A DNA stretch of 64,000 bases from Monocercomonoides exilis PA203 (lineage: Eukaryota > Protista > Preaxostyla): contig LSRY02000028.1 of assembly GCA_001643675.2 (NCBI GenBank), forward strand, positions 682,001 through 746,000. Direction: 5' to 3'. This document shows positions 38,801 through 51,625 of this stretch, piece after piece. Each line of letters starts with the position of its first letter. Within the stretch, counting starts at the first letter, position 1. The notes beneath the pieces were generated by a model that worked only from the letters and a program-made list of their open reading frames with translations, was not told the origin of the DNA and made no database searches. The position numbers and the translations under genes are program-made.

Positions 38801-41800
38801 AAGACTCAACTGTGTCGAAGAGAGTCGTATCAAACCCTTCTCCAGCATTTTCTGGTCTGAAGCTTGTTGGGCGTCTTCCTCATTCCTCTCGCTTCAATCT
38901 GTTTGTTCAGAAGTTGTCTTCAGTCTGCGATTCTTTCACAGCAGAAAATGAAAAGTCCACAAAAACACTCCATCAGCTTCTCTCTTCACTGTTTGTGCTT
39001 CTGAGTCGTCAAATACCTCTGTCTGCTGTCTCTTCTTCTCTTTTGTCTTCTTCATTGTCTTTACCTTCTTCTTCTTCTTCTTCCACACTTATTTTTGAGA
39101 ACTTGCATTCACCACACGGACCTTCGCTCCGTCGCAATGGAATCATTCCTGTTTTGGCTTCTCTTCTGAAGAGCTGTGCAAAAATCATCGCAGAACATTC
39201 AGAAGCTGTGGAAGCTTTCTCTGATGCTTCTTCAGACAAACCAATTGAGCAGCCATCTGAACAAACATCATTGTCATCTGCTTCAGCATCTTCATCTTCA
39301 CCCTCTACTTCATCTTCCTCTTTGTCACCTCCACCTTCACCTGCGCATCCTGCTCCACTTCCACCAGGCGTTGCCCTTGTTGCATCTTTGGGATCGCTCT
39401 GTCTGCTTCTTTCGTGCATTTCTTGGGCTTCCTTTCAAAACAAACTTGATTCTGACATTTCAGTCACACTTGTTCCATTCCCAGTCAAAGAAGCATGCAA
39501 CGCTGCTATCGAATCGGGGTATATTCAATCACTCGCAACGATATTTTCCTGCTGCTCCATTAAAGATATTGAAGTCAGTGCATCACTTCTGAACAAAGCA
39601 CCCGTTTCTTCATTCGGAGATACTGTCTCTGATCAGATGGATTGGACTTATTATGCACTGTGTCTTTCACAGTTTGCATCACTGGCAATCACACAAAACA
39701 TAACAGATGCAGCAAACCACCAAAAATCTTCTCAAACACAGCGAACAGCATATCCTTCACCATTCAGAAAAAGGATGTATTTGTCTGTTTTGTATGCTCG
39801 CCCAGGAGAGCAGAGTGAGACTTTGTTCACTCCAACATCGCTCTGCAGCACTGGAGCTGTTTCTGTTGTGAGAGAGCTTCTGAACAGTGGACTCAACTTT
39901 TTCAGCTCCTCAATCAACATTTTGAATGAAAGCATTCAGAAAACATTTGGACCTTCACTTTCATCAATCAAGGAGATACGTCCACCTTCTGCTGCCATCA
40001 AAGAACTGCCTTTGCTTGATCCAGCAGACTCACAAATTGGATGGCTGTGCTTGTCGCTTTCTGTTCCTCTGTTGAACTGTCTGACTTCGGACTCACAGAA
40101 CAACACAACAAAAACAGCACTTCTATCGCTTGTACCTCATCTGATTGTCTGTCTCTTCTTTTCATCTGAGCGCAAGTTTCTGATCAATCCACTTTTAGCA
40201 CTTTATGCTCTCACCGAACAGAACAATACTTTCACAAGCTCTTCTCCAACTAAATCTGGAAGCGTGTTTGCAGCTAAACCATCACTAGTACCAACAAACG
40301 ATGCTTTCATTGCAGTTTCAAATGTTCTGCTGACCTCTCCTTTACTTAAACATCCTGAAGCGATTTCTGACGAATCATCAGCAGATGAGATTGCAATAAT
40401 AAACATTTGCTTGTCGCTTTTATCTTCTTGGACAAAAACACGAAATCAAAGGCGTCTTCTTCATGTTTTAAACATTCCATCGACATTAATGAAATGTTTG
40501 ATAATGTTCATGCCACTACTGAAGCCACAAAAACAAGCATCTTCTTTCTCTGAAGAGTCGAAAGTTCAATCAACAAAAGTAGAAGAATCAAAAATGGAAT
40601 TAACAGACGAAAAGCAGTCAGAGGAAAATGATTCTTCTTCTATGGAGGATACTTCGAAGCAAACAGTTTCCATATCGGTAGTTGAGTGCAACCAGACATT
40701 GGCTGAGTTCTTTGATATTTCGCAGTTAATCTACAAAACACAAGCAGCTATCTTTGAGATAGTCAAGCTTTGTTTAATTCTTCTGTGCAATTTAGTTGCT
40801 TCTCGAATCATTTTGCTCGATTTGATTGTGACAAACTCATTTCCATCTGTGTTAGTTGCTATCGCAGCCGAATTCGCACATCAAATTGTAAAAAGTCCGT
40901 CTTCTGCTTCTCATATCGTGCAATGCCTGATTGGAACTCTGGGACTGTTAAGTGATTGCATCTGCTGCCCAAAAAAGAACCAGAAAGGAAACATTGCTAT
41001 TCCTATTGCTGTATCAGATCAGCCATCTCTGAAAGTTGCCCTCACAATTAGTGATATTGCTGCATTGGATGTATTACGTTACGAGCCCTCGTTGATGACA
41101 CTATCCTCACTTGCTCTGCAGCTTCAAGCAGAAATGAACGAGAAGTATTTTCAACATCAACAAGAGCGGGTCACAGCCTTGTCACATGTTGTTCACATTC
41201 TGAACAGACTAATCACTTTCAGAATTCAAATTCAGACTGAATGGCAATTTGCGCTTTCTCTTTCGCAAAATGAAAGCAATAATAAAATAGAAAACGATGA
41301 AGTTCCATCGTCGCCTCTTCCAGACGATTTTGCAGAGACTTTTCTTTATCCTGTTGTGAATCATAAAGTTGAGCTCAAAGAGGATGAAAATAGAATTGAA
41401 AGTTTAGATGATCTTTCTTACTCTAATTTTAACATACTGATGAACTGCGTATCAGCTGGAAGTGACTCTTCCATTGAGACTTCATCTTCATCATCTCCAA
41501 CTTCTTTGTTGGAAACAAAAATACTTTCTGATTGCATAAATACTGTAACTGTTCTAATGCGTCCTTCGTTTATTGTATCTTACATTTCTCTTGCTTCTCA
41601 TTCCATTCCATTCACCTCTTTGTTCTCAATGCGTCCACTTTCATCTGCCAAGCAAAAACAACTCATCTCTGCCTACATTTCTCTTCCGTCACATTTCTTT
41701 GACAACTCTTTCACTTCAAATGCATTCACTTTGTCAATCACATCACCGTCTTTCCAAAGTGCTGTGAGTTCTTATCTGACTTCCATTCAGTCTCAGATAT

Positions 41801-44800
41801 TTGCTCCAGATGACGACACTGAACCAAACACAATAGATTGCTACCCATTCTTCAGTGAGAGCAACATCTCTGAAATTGTGCATATGCTATCAACAGCTTT
41901 CTGTGCTCAAACATCCACAGACTCCGCAACTGCCGAATATTTGAACCAAACACCATCGATCCCATTCGCAAAAATTGCTCAGCTTTTAATTTCACTGTTT
42001 AAAAAAGCAGTTCTCATAGTTAAAACGGAAGATGAATTAACATCTTCTTCTACAGAAACAAATAAGCCTCTCGATGAATCTACTAATCCTATTTCTTTAA
42101 TATCTCCTTCTTTGCCATCATCATCTTTTTCTGATGCTTATGAAAATAAGGAACTTTTTGCTGAACAAGTCTTTTCTCTGATAAGCCATCTATGTTCACT
42201 GGAACCGTTAACTGCCCAAGAAAACGTATTCACCACGATTCGCTCAGCCTTTACACTTTTGACGATTGCTCAGTCATTTTCACTGAACGAGGTTTCTTCA
42301 GCTTCATCATCCGTTGAAGACACATCATCTTCAGCCTCAGCATCTTCTTCTTCCTCATCGAACAGTGTTAGAGGAAGCTGCTTTATTGATTCTCTCCTTT
42401 CGTTAATTGAGCCACCACATTCTTCCTCACTCGCACATTCTGCGCTCTCGTTGCTATCCGTTCTCCTCTCAAAGCCCTTAATCACAGATGAAATTGCCGA
42501 TAAGCCGAAGCGTAAATCCACACGAAATACGGCTGAGTCCACTCTCACCCATTCTTCTGTGTTGTTCTTGCCAATTTTATCAACCGCTGTTCTACTATCT
42601 CCACATTATCATTTGATTGTTGATAATATTTTCCCAACAATTTCGCACAAACTGTCTGCATCGTCTTCAAATAAAAATTATTCTTCAAATGAAAGTGATG
42701 GCACACTCGATTTCTCCCTTTCCATTTGCTCTGCTGGAATTGTTTCATCTCTTCTCCACATCATGGCCGAGAAACTGGCTAATGCTTCTCCACTTTCTGC
42801 GTCAGAGTCCTCCTCTCAACAGGAATTGCTCTGGACTTCCTTAAGCAATGCAGTTAAAAAAATTTATGCTTTGCTATCATTCCAGCCAACTAAGTACTCT
42901 GAAACGCCTTGTGATTGCGTGCCACTTTGCAGTCACTTTGACAGTGATTCGGCCGAAACACTTTCTCCGACTGCTGAGCTCCTCTTTCATTTGGGCGATC
43001 CTCTTCCTTCTGCTTGTCCTGCTGCAAATCATCTTGTCCTTCTTACAAAAATGTGCTCCTCTTTATCTGATCTTACTTCCTCAGCTTCTTCTCTTCTATC
43101 TTGCTCTTTCTATGAAACACCCACAAATTCTCACAATTCTCCGTTCCAGTCTCACTCTTTGAAAGCTTCATCAGAACCTGATCTGTCTATTGTGTCTACA
43201 TATTTACAAGGTTTTGCCACACCTGCTACGCGGAACCCTCACTGCCTCCTTTGCATCCTCTCAACTCTAAGAGCAGTCTTTGCATCAGATGTTGATGTGC
43301 TGAAGGCAGCATGCCAACAGCACATTGTAGTAACAATAATCCTTCCACTACTTCATTTCTTGACATTCAGCGGAGAGTACAAATCTGTTCGTGCATGCTT
43401 TGCGCTGCTTTCATCTGCAGTTGAGCTGAATAGTTCAGCAATCCTTTCGAGCATCGCACTTTTTGGACAAGAATCTCCAACTGAAATGAATAGTGGGGAA
43501 CACAAAGAAGTACCAGTTTCTTCCCATTCATCTTTGCCAAATGCAGCAGATGTGATTGTAGCACTGCTGAACAAGCTGCATCAATGCGCTGATTACAATA
43601 AGGAAATCAAACTTGCAAAGGAAAGAGAGAAAGGAAAGGCGAAAAAGCATTTTTCATCTATTTTCATATCTTGGCCTTACTTTTCTGCTGCGTCTATATC
43701 ATCTTCGATGCTAAATGGAGGCAACGAATCAGCAAAAGAAATACAGCAATGTTCATCTTCAGTTGGCATGGGAGAATGTATCTTGTTTGAAAGTGGCATT
43801 TTGCTTTGCATAATTACCCTTCTTCACGAACCTTCTCTTCAGAAGCAGTTCAGAGCAGTTGGACTAACACACATTTGCATCGACTCCATTCGCTCAATTG
43901 TCTCTGCACAACAAAATCTTCTCTCGATGCTGTTTAATGTTTCTGACAGCAATAAAGTGAACAGAGAAGAATTGCTGGAAGAAGAGGATTCTGTATTTGC
44001 AAGCTTTGTTTCCGAGAAGCATCAATTTGAATATGTGAATCTTCCCCATCCGCTGGCATTACTTGCACTGGAAGACAAAACATTCAGAAAATACTTGCCG
44101 TCGCTGGAAAGTGACTCACAACCATCTTCTTCAACTTCTCTCAGCTTGCCATTCCCATCTTCATCTTTCTTTACAATTTCACATGTTGAGTCTGCTGTTA
44201 CAATCATGAAGCGGCTTTCCAATTTGTGCAACTTCTCCATTTTGACGCTGATCAACACGTGTTATCATCAAGAAGCACTTTCTGTGGCGATAGGATTGGG
44301 GATTGCACGTCTCCTTCGAGATGCTCTTATCGTTGAAAAAAAGTGCGCCCAGCTTCTTGTTTGGCTGCAGCCAGAAGCTGCATCCCAGCGGCTGCTGGCT
44401 GAATCTCCACGTTATAAGATTTCGTCGTCTGTGTTGCAGCTAATGGAAATAGTGCTTCCGTCGCATCTGTCATTTTCAACTCAATTAGAAGCAACTGTAC
44501 TCAATCTGATAAGTCGCGTTTCGTGCACTGTCCAAGGAATGGAGCAAATTGCTGCACAGGGGCTTCATGTGTTTATTTGTGCAATGCTAAGAAAGACTCT
44601 GACAACCCTTTCATTAAGTGTGTATTTTTATTGATTTCCAAAAACATAATTGAATTTTCTTAAATATAAAAATTTCTATTCTCTTTTTCCATTTATTGGT
44701 TTTTAATAATATGTGATCATTCGCTATTTTCAAAAGATTCTCCATCAGTTACTGATGAAGTTATGGAGACAGCAACTGCATCAGTCGTTCATCTGAACAC

Positions 44801-45374
44801 ACATTTTTGCTATGCCTTTGTTTTTATGAGTTCGCATCCATCAGAAGAAACACCAGTTATTCTTTCAGCCCCAACCACCGAATCCATAAGAACAGATTAT
44901 TTGTTCTTTAATGCGATGGACATTCTTATTATGTTTGCGCAGAAAAAGTGCAAAGATGAAGCATCGCATAATACAGAAGAAGAGCACGAAGAGAAAGCAT
45001 CTGATATTCGAGATGTTCACAAAGATGTTGAATACATTGCTGCCTTTGTCTCTTTTCTGATTGATTGGATCTCTGTAGAGCAATCGCACGGTGGCTTCTC
45101 AAATCAATCTGAGCAGATTCAATATCCGTCAATTCTTTCTTATTTATTAATTGAATCTGCAAGCCCAAGTCAGATCTTTATGTCTGTATTAGAAAGTATA
45201 ACACAGCTAACTACGTTTCCGATTATTCTTCGGAGGAGAGCATCACAATTGATATCAACAGTTCATCAGCTTATAAGAAGTGGTTTCATTCCACCAAAAG
45301 GAACATTATCACCCTCAAGCATATCGCACTTTATCATAGATCCAAATAAGAAAGCTATTATGAGCCTTAAATAA
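35803..45374 (+). CDS. Very large (~3000 aa) hypothetical protein, probably an ARM/HEAT-like helical scaffold with charged and Pro/Ser-rich segments
   Basis: An ~8.4-kb exon (about 36251-44618), short spliceable 5' exons from ATG 35803, and a last exon at about 44737-45374. Amphipathic Leu-rich helices. The 5' exon structure is ambiguous. Confidence 0.65.
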
Positions 45375-45646
45375 TTAAACAGGTTAACATTTGTTTTCTG
45401 TTAATTGCTGTTTTATATGTTTTTGCTTTTGTTTGAAAAGATTGAATTCTTGTATTTCTTACTTGTTTATAAAAACACCCCATTTTAAATTTTTCTGTTT
45501 AATGACAACGTATTTATTATTTGATTTTTGTGATATATTTAGATATTAATGTTTATGTTTTTAATAAAGCCGAAATAAAACAGTAACTGTAGACGATGTG
45601 ATAAAGCAAATAGCATCAACTCATCGTAGAATTTTTTTAACTGACA

Positions 45647-48600
45647 ATGGTTTTAAAAAATCAGAGTTCTTGTTGTTTGTTTAAAAAAAATTCACAATTT
45701 TTAATAAACAGATCCTTCACTACACATTGAGCAAATGAACAATTATCTTAAATTATCAGACGTTAAATCTGCCGCGTATCATGTTAAAAAAGGTTTCTTG
45801 CAAAGAAATTATTTCAGTTAATTAAAATGAAATTAGCAATGCAAATTTCTGAGAAAGATGAATATAAAATTACACTTGCTCATATTTACGATATGCTTGG
45901 ATTGGTATCTTTTTTCAACTTATGTTGTGTCCGATGATAATTTCTTTTAAAAAGATTTTTACACGTTCAGGAAAAAATGATGAAGCAGAACAAGCATTTT
46001 CTGATGCAATCCGACTTGTTGAAAAGGAATGGTCATTTTGGGCTCATTGGTCAATTCCTGCTCTTCAAAGAAGCGATTGGAAATGTGCAATTGAGAGACT
46101 CGATAAAGCAATAACTCTCTGTAGCAGAGAAAATTCAAAACCATTGCTAATGATGATTGCATATGCATATCTGATAGATGGAGAAGTATGGCATTATTCA
46201 TATATGTTCGACAAACGATGAGCTCATTTGATTTTTGAACACTTTCAAAACCAAAGGAACAAATATCCAAGTCTTATTGCCTTGAATGTCTGGATATTGA
46301 TCCGAGATATTCACATGCTGTGCAATTTATGCAAGATTTTCAGGATCGAGTTGACGCTTTGTGCAACCAAGCTAGCTTGCTTTCAAAGAAAGGTTTTAGC
46401 AATTTCATTATTTGAAAATCAGAATTTTGTTTTGGCTGAAGGAAAATTTGTTGAGGCCTCAAGAGTAATGGCAGAAGCAATAAAAATACAACCGGAATCT
46501 GCTTTGTTACGATGCCAACGGTATAATTTTTTTTGTGAATTTATGTTTTCTAAAAGTGTGTTGGATTTTGTTTTCAGTGCAAGTTATCTTCGAATGGGTG
46601 GTTCAATTTTGAAAGGCAAAAAAGAGATGACAAAACTATTGACAGAAGTCGAAACTGTTTGAATTACATTTCTTTTGTCATTGTGTTATTTTATCAAATC
46701 TTTTTCTGTATTTTGATGAAATACAATAAACATGTTATTTTTTTTAAAGGATTCCGAAAGAAAAGCAGTGAATAAAGAACTTGCCCTTCTTCTCAACGAT
46801 GAAGCTATCATTGCATTAAGGTTTGCTTTATTTATTGTGATTTCTGCTGTGAAAAAAAAACTATAAATACTTTTTACATCAAATGAATGATTTCAATTAA
46901 TATTTGAAATGAACAAATGCGGTTTTTTATTTTGCTGTTATGGAAAATCATATTTAGCGAGGGGAATTTCGAGAAATCGCTTTCTTTGTTGGCAGACGCA
47001 ATAAGTGCCGATGAACAAGCTGCTATCATCAGAAAGAACAGAGGAGGTTTTATTCATTTCTTGCTCATTTTGATGTTTTGGCTGAATAATTTGCTATTTC
47101 GAATTCTTCTTTCTCTCACTCAAAAATTGTCAAATAACTCGATCATCTTCAATGCGTTTTCATGATTAAATTCACTTTTGATACATCCTTTGAATGACTA
47201 AATTCAATGGCTTGAATAAACTTTTAGACTGTTTTCGTGAGATGGGAGATCTTCCATCAGCAATGAAAGATTATTTGATAGCTTTGAAATTGAAGTATGC
47301 TTTCTTTCTGTTGTTTAAAACATTATCAGCTGCATCCTCTTAACATTAAATAATTCGTGAAACAATCTGATTATGTTATCATTTTTATGTAATTGAAGTC
47401 CTGGCGATGAGGAAACACTCTATCGAATTGCACAGATTCATGCATACTTTGGTAAAGAAGTCTGTGATACTACATAACAACTTGTCTTTTTCACACACTC
47501 TGTTTTATTAATTAATTAATTTTGTTTCCATTTTATTAATATTGCTTCTCCATATCTTTTTACATTCAGCTGCTTGAGGCCGGACGCATTGAAGAGAGTC
47601 TTGTGGAGATGGACCTTGCAATCGAGTGCCTTCCTTTCTATCGCTCGTCTGTAATGACACAATATTCTCCCTCGACAAGAGCGCAGACGTCTGTTCTCTC
47701 TTCTTCGTTTTTCGTTCTGCCTCAGCCATCTCATTCAATTGCTTCTTCCTCTTCCTCTTCTTCGTACTCCGAGTCATCTACATCACCTCAATCTGCCTCC
47801 CGCTCTTCTGCGCAGGCAATGACTGAGGATTTGTCGCATTCAATTTTTGCTCCTCTTCAACTATTTCTCCAAAGAGCAGATGTTTTGATGAGACTTGGAG
47901 TTTGCTTCTTTGAATTGACATTTGAAAATAATGCTTTATCTATTTTTAAAAAACAATAAAAAATATATTTTGATGCTTTCTTCTTATCTCATTCACAAAA
48001 TGAATGATTCATCTTAAAGCGAATGAAAGATGCATTTTCAGATCTTGAATGGGAGTACAAACTCAATCCAGACTCACCAGTTTGTTTCATTTATGTCAGT
48101 TTTCTGCTTTCCTACAATGAATGCATTTTTTATCTTCTTCAAAACGAACAATTTTTTGCGGGGTTGATTTATTGCTTTGAAACAATAACAGGAAGTTGAG
48201 CAGCGGATAAAGCAGTTTATGCCTCAGAGCATGACGCACCCGTCTGAACATCCATTTTCATCCATTCCATCTTTCGATTCTTCATCTATTTCTTCTTCCT
48301 CTCCTCGCCACATTCGCGTCTCTTCCTCGAATCAATCACGTCCTCTTCGACCTCTTCCGCTTCCTGATTGCCTTGTCCAATCTCGACAGTTTGATTTTTG
48401 TTTTTCACATGATATTTCTCATTATTTAATTATTACCAAAATGAACTGTCTGAATGTTTAACTTTTTTGCTTTATCTTCGATTTTTTTCAGAAAATCAAA
48501 GGAGTTTGAAAGATTTTGCGCTCAGCCCATTCCGCATGGCCCTCCAAAAGCCAAAATTATCCTTCAAAAGTCTGAAAAGAAAACATGGAAAGATCGTTCA

Positions 48601-48864
48601 AAATCCTCTGAGGCTTCTACTCAACATTTTCTGTTGCCTCAACAAAGGAAAGAAGATAATTATGATTCTCCAACAAATAAAATGCGTATTACTCCAACAT
48701 CGTCCATTCTTCCAACATTACCTCCTCAAGCTTCTGTCCCACCAAAACCTCCTGAAATCATAACAACATCAAGTAGCCGGCCGCAAACGGAAGACGAAAA
48801 ACGAATGCAAAACCGTTCTGGAGGTGTTGCATCTTTTCAACTTGAGTCAAGATTTCACATTTGA
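45647..48864 (+). CDS. TPR-repeat protein, TTC16-like, more than 12 exons
   Basis: Spliced LALLLNDEAIIALSEGNFEKSLSLLADAISADEQAAIIRKNRGDCFREMGDLPSAMKDYLIALKL.PGDEE resembles, from memory, the TTC16 N(D)...NRGDCF..G....A..DY..AL.L.P.DE region. TPR periodicity is clear; orthology is inferred. Confidence 0.7.
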
Positions 48865-49110
48865 ATAGTTTTTAAAATAAATATTTCTATTTGAAGAATT
48901 TCTTTTTTTTGAAATAATTGTTTTTTTCATTGAATTTTCAAGTCCATTTTTCTTTTTTTGTAAAATGAAGAAATTTTTTTGCATGTTTTTTAAAATTAAA
49001 AAAAAAAAAAAAAAATTCAAGAATTAATATGAAATTTTTCTTATTTTATGAAACATAAAAAGATGTGTTGAAAAAACACATAACAAAGATAACTTGAAAC
49101 GAATAAGAGT

Positions 49111-49428
49111 TTATGCACCAAAGCCATAAAGTGTTCTTCCTTGGCGTTTGAGTGAGTAGACAATATCCATGGCGGTAACTGTCTTCCTTCTGGCATGTTC
49201 TGTGTATGTCACAGCATCACGAATGATTCCTTCAAGGAACATTTTCAAGATGATTCTTGTTTCATCATAGATAAGGTTGGAGATTCTTTTCACGCCTCCT
49301 CTGCGGGCAAGACGGCGGATGGCTGGTTTTGTAATTCCTTGGATGTTATCACGAAGCTTGCGATATCCCTTTGCTCCGGTTTTTCCAATACCTTTTCCTC
49401 CTTTTCCTCCTTTTCCACGTCCAGACAT
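49111..49428 (-). CDS. H4: Histone H4, intronless, with a variant N-terminal tail
   Basis: [24 protein letters not shown]...[32 protein letters not shown]. Confidence 0.99.
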   Translation of the reverse strand: MSGRGKGGKGGKGIGKTGAKGYRKLRDNIQGITKPAIRRLARRGGVKRISNLIYDETRIILKMFLEGIIRDAVTYTEHARRKTVTAMDIVYSLKRQGRTLYGFGA

Positions 49429-49685
49429 ATTTTATATAATAGATTTGAGATTAATAATCAATGTTGTTCACATTTGAGATTTTATATTTATATTAGTTAA
49501 AAATATCCCATAATATATCAAATGGACATTTACCATAATTTTTAAAATTTTCTTCATTTCAAAGACTTTGCAAACATCCATCAAATTTCAAAATAAATAT
49601 TTGATTATTTCAGAAAATTTGCTAAAAATAATTTTATGATCAAAACCATATCTTTGGATCAAATTATTGTTTGTTGGAATTGTTG

Positions 49686-50277
49686 ATGGAAGATCAGGGT
49701 ATTTCACCTATTGCTGATCCTCTTGCAGGACCTAAGTTGACAAAAAAGCTATTCAAATTAGTTAAGCATTGTTTGTCTTTGATTTTTCATTGCATCTTCG
49801 ATTGTTACGTTGTTTTTTTCATAAACATAGCTGCGAAAGAAAAAACACTTCGAAGAGGTGTTAAAGAAGTGGTAAAAAGCATAAGAAAGGGGAAGAAGGG
49901 GTATGATTGACTTATATTATTTTGTGTGCTCAATTTTCATTTTTAATATCAAAAAATATTTTTTTGAAAACCTTTGTCAATGATCAAACAAACTTTCATT
50001 ATGATAAAAACTTTTTGTAATTTAAATCATAAGGCTTTGCGTTATTGCAGGAGATATCTATCCTATTGACGTCATTTCACATCTTCCTGTCTATTGCGAA
50101 AAAATGGACGTTCCATACATTTTTGTTCCTTCAAAAGCAGATCTTGGTGCAGCAGCAGGAACAAAAAGACCAACTTCATGTGTTCTTGCAACAGAACTTG
50201 ATGGACAAAACTCTCCTGACAAAATTAAACAGAAATATAAAAAGATTCGTGCTGAATTAGCTAAATTTTCTGGTTAA
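49686..50277 (+). CDS. NHP2: H/ACA snoRNP subunit Nhp2 (L7Ae family), 3 exons
   Basis: SPIADPLAGPKLTKKLFKLVK, LRRGVKEVVKSIRKGKKG, IAGDIYPIDVISHLPVYCE, DLGAAAGTKRPTSCV. Confidence 0.93.
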
Positions 50278-50429
50278 ATAATCTTCCGTGTTTTTTTGTT
50301 TTTTATTCAAAACAATTGAATTTTAAAGAAGTCTTTTTTAATTGTGAATTTTTAATAAAAAAGAAAATTACGGTTTCATAATTGATCTATTATTCCCTTT
50401 CTGGCTTCATACGAAAGGTTGATCTAAAA

Positions 50430-51229
50430 ATGAGGGCACACGTCGTTAATTACAGGAATGTTAAAGAAAAAGGTGAGTTAATGTTTAATGATTTTTCGTT
50501 TTAAATCGTATAACGAATGGCTTATTCATGACTTTTCAGTTGCCAAGGCAAAAGGAAATGACGTCACAATTCACTTCAAGGTAAATATAAATCAAATTTT
50601 ATGATATATTCTTTGATTAATTTTATCTTTTAAAAAAATTTTAGCAAGCACGTGAAATTGCTGGAGTTCTTCGCCACATGAAATTGAAAAGAGCAAAACA
50701 ATTTCTGTGCCACGTTATTCAGCACAAAGAAGCCGTTCCATTCCGTCGCTATAAATACGGTATTGGACATAACCCACAAGGAAAGGCATGGAAATGGTCA
50801 CAAAGCGGATTCCCTGTTAAAGCAAGCAGAGTTTTTCTTGAATTGATCCGTAACTGCGAAAGCAATGCAAAGGTATTGCATTTATTTATGTTTTACGCAC
50901 TATTTTTTGTAAATTGTCAATCAATATTTATGAATTGAATTTTTTTCAGAAAAACAATCTCAATGTTAGAAACTGCGCCATTGCTCACATCAAAGTTAAC
51001 AAGGCTCGTATCCACAGCAGAAGAATGTATCGTGCTCATGGTAGAATTAACAGTATGTTGTTGCATCTTTTAAAATGAAAAGAATTGTTTTAAATAAATA
51101 TTTTTTAATGTTTTGCTTTAAATAGGATTCAACAAAACTCCATGCCATATTGAAATGATCATGACAGAAAAAGGCATCTCTGTTCAAAGAGCAGCTCGCC
51201 GTGCAAGAAAGGAAGCAAAGAAGGAGTAA
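50430..51229 (+). CDS. RPL17: 60S ribosomal protein L17 (uL22), 5 exons
   Basis: AKAKGNDVTIHFK, HKEAVPFRRY, LIRNCESNA, RRMYRAHGRIN, PCHIEMIMTEK. Confidence 0.95.
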
Positions 51230-51625
51230 AAGACTCTCCGTTTGTTGGGTGAGTGAAATACAAACATTCTTTGTTTTCATTTTCTTTAGGACTTACCAAC
51301 ATTTCGCCTTTCTTTCGACCATATTCTTTCCTTTCGTATCAATTTTTAAAAATTTGAAGAAGGACAAATTCAATTTTTCAATTTATGTTGATTGACAACG
51401 TTTTTCAGATAATACATGAGAAAAAAAAGCCTAAAAACATGATAAATTTCTGAATGTTGATGAACAAATGAGGAGAAAAAATAAAATAAACAACAAAGAT
51501 TGTTGGTTTTGATACGAACATAAGGATGCTAAAAACACTGTGCAATGATTGTTGAAGAGTGGGCAATTTCTTTCCCATTAAGCATATTTCGTATTTGTAG
51601 TAAAGAAATTATTTGAAGGCGTAAT

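Noticed and set aside
50392-50402. 5' TOP-like pyrimidine tract before RPL17
   Set aside because: It is short, common in this base composition, and cannot be assessed without a mapped TSS.
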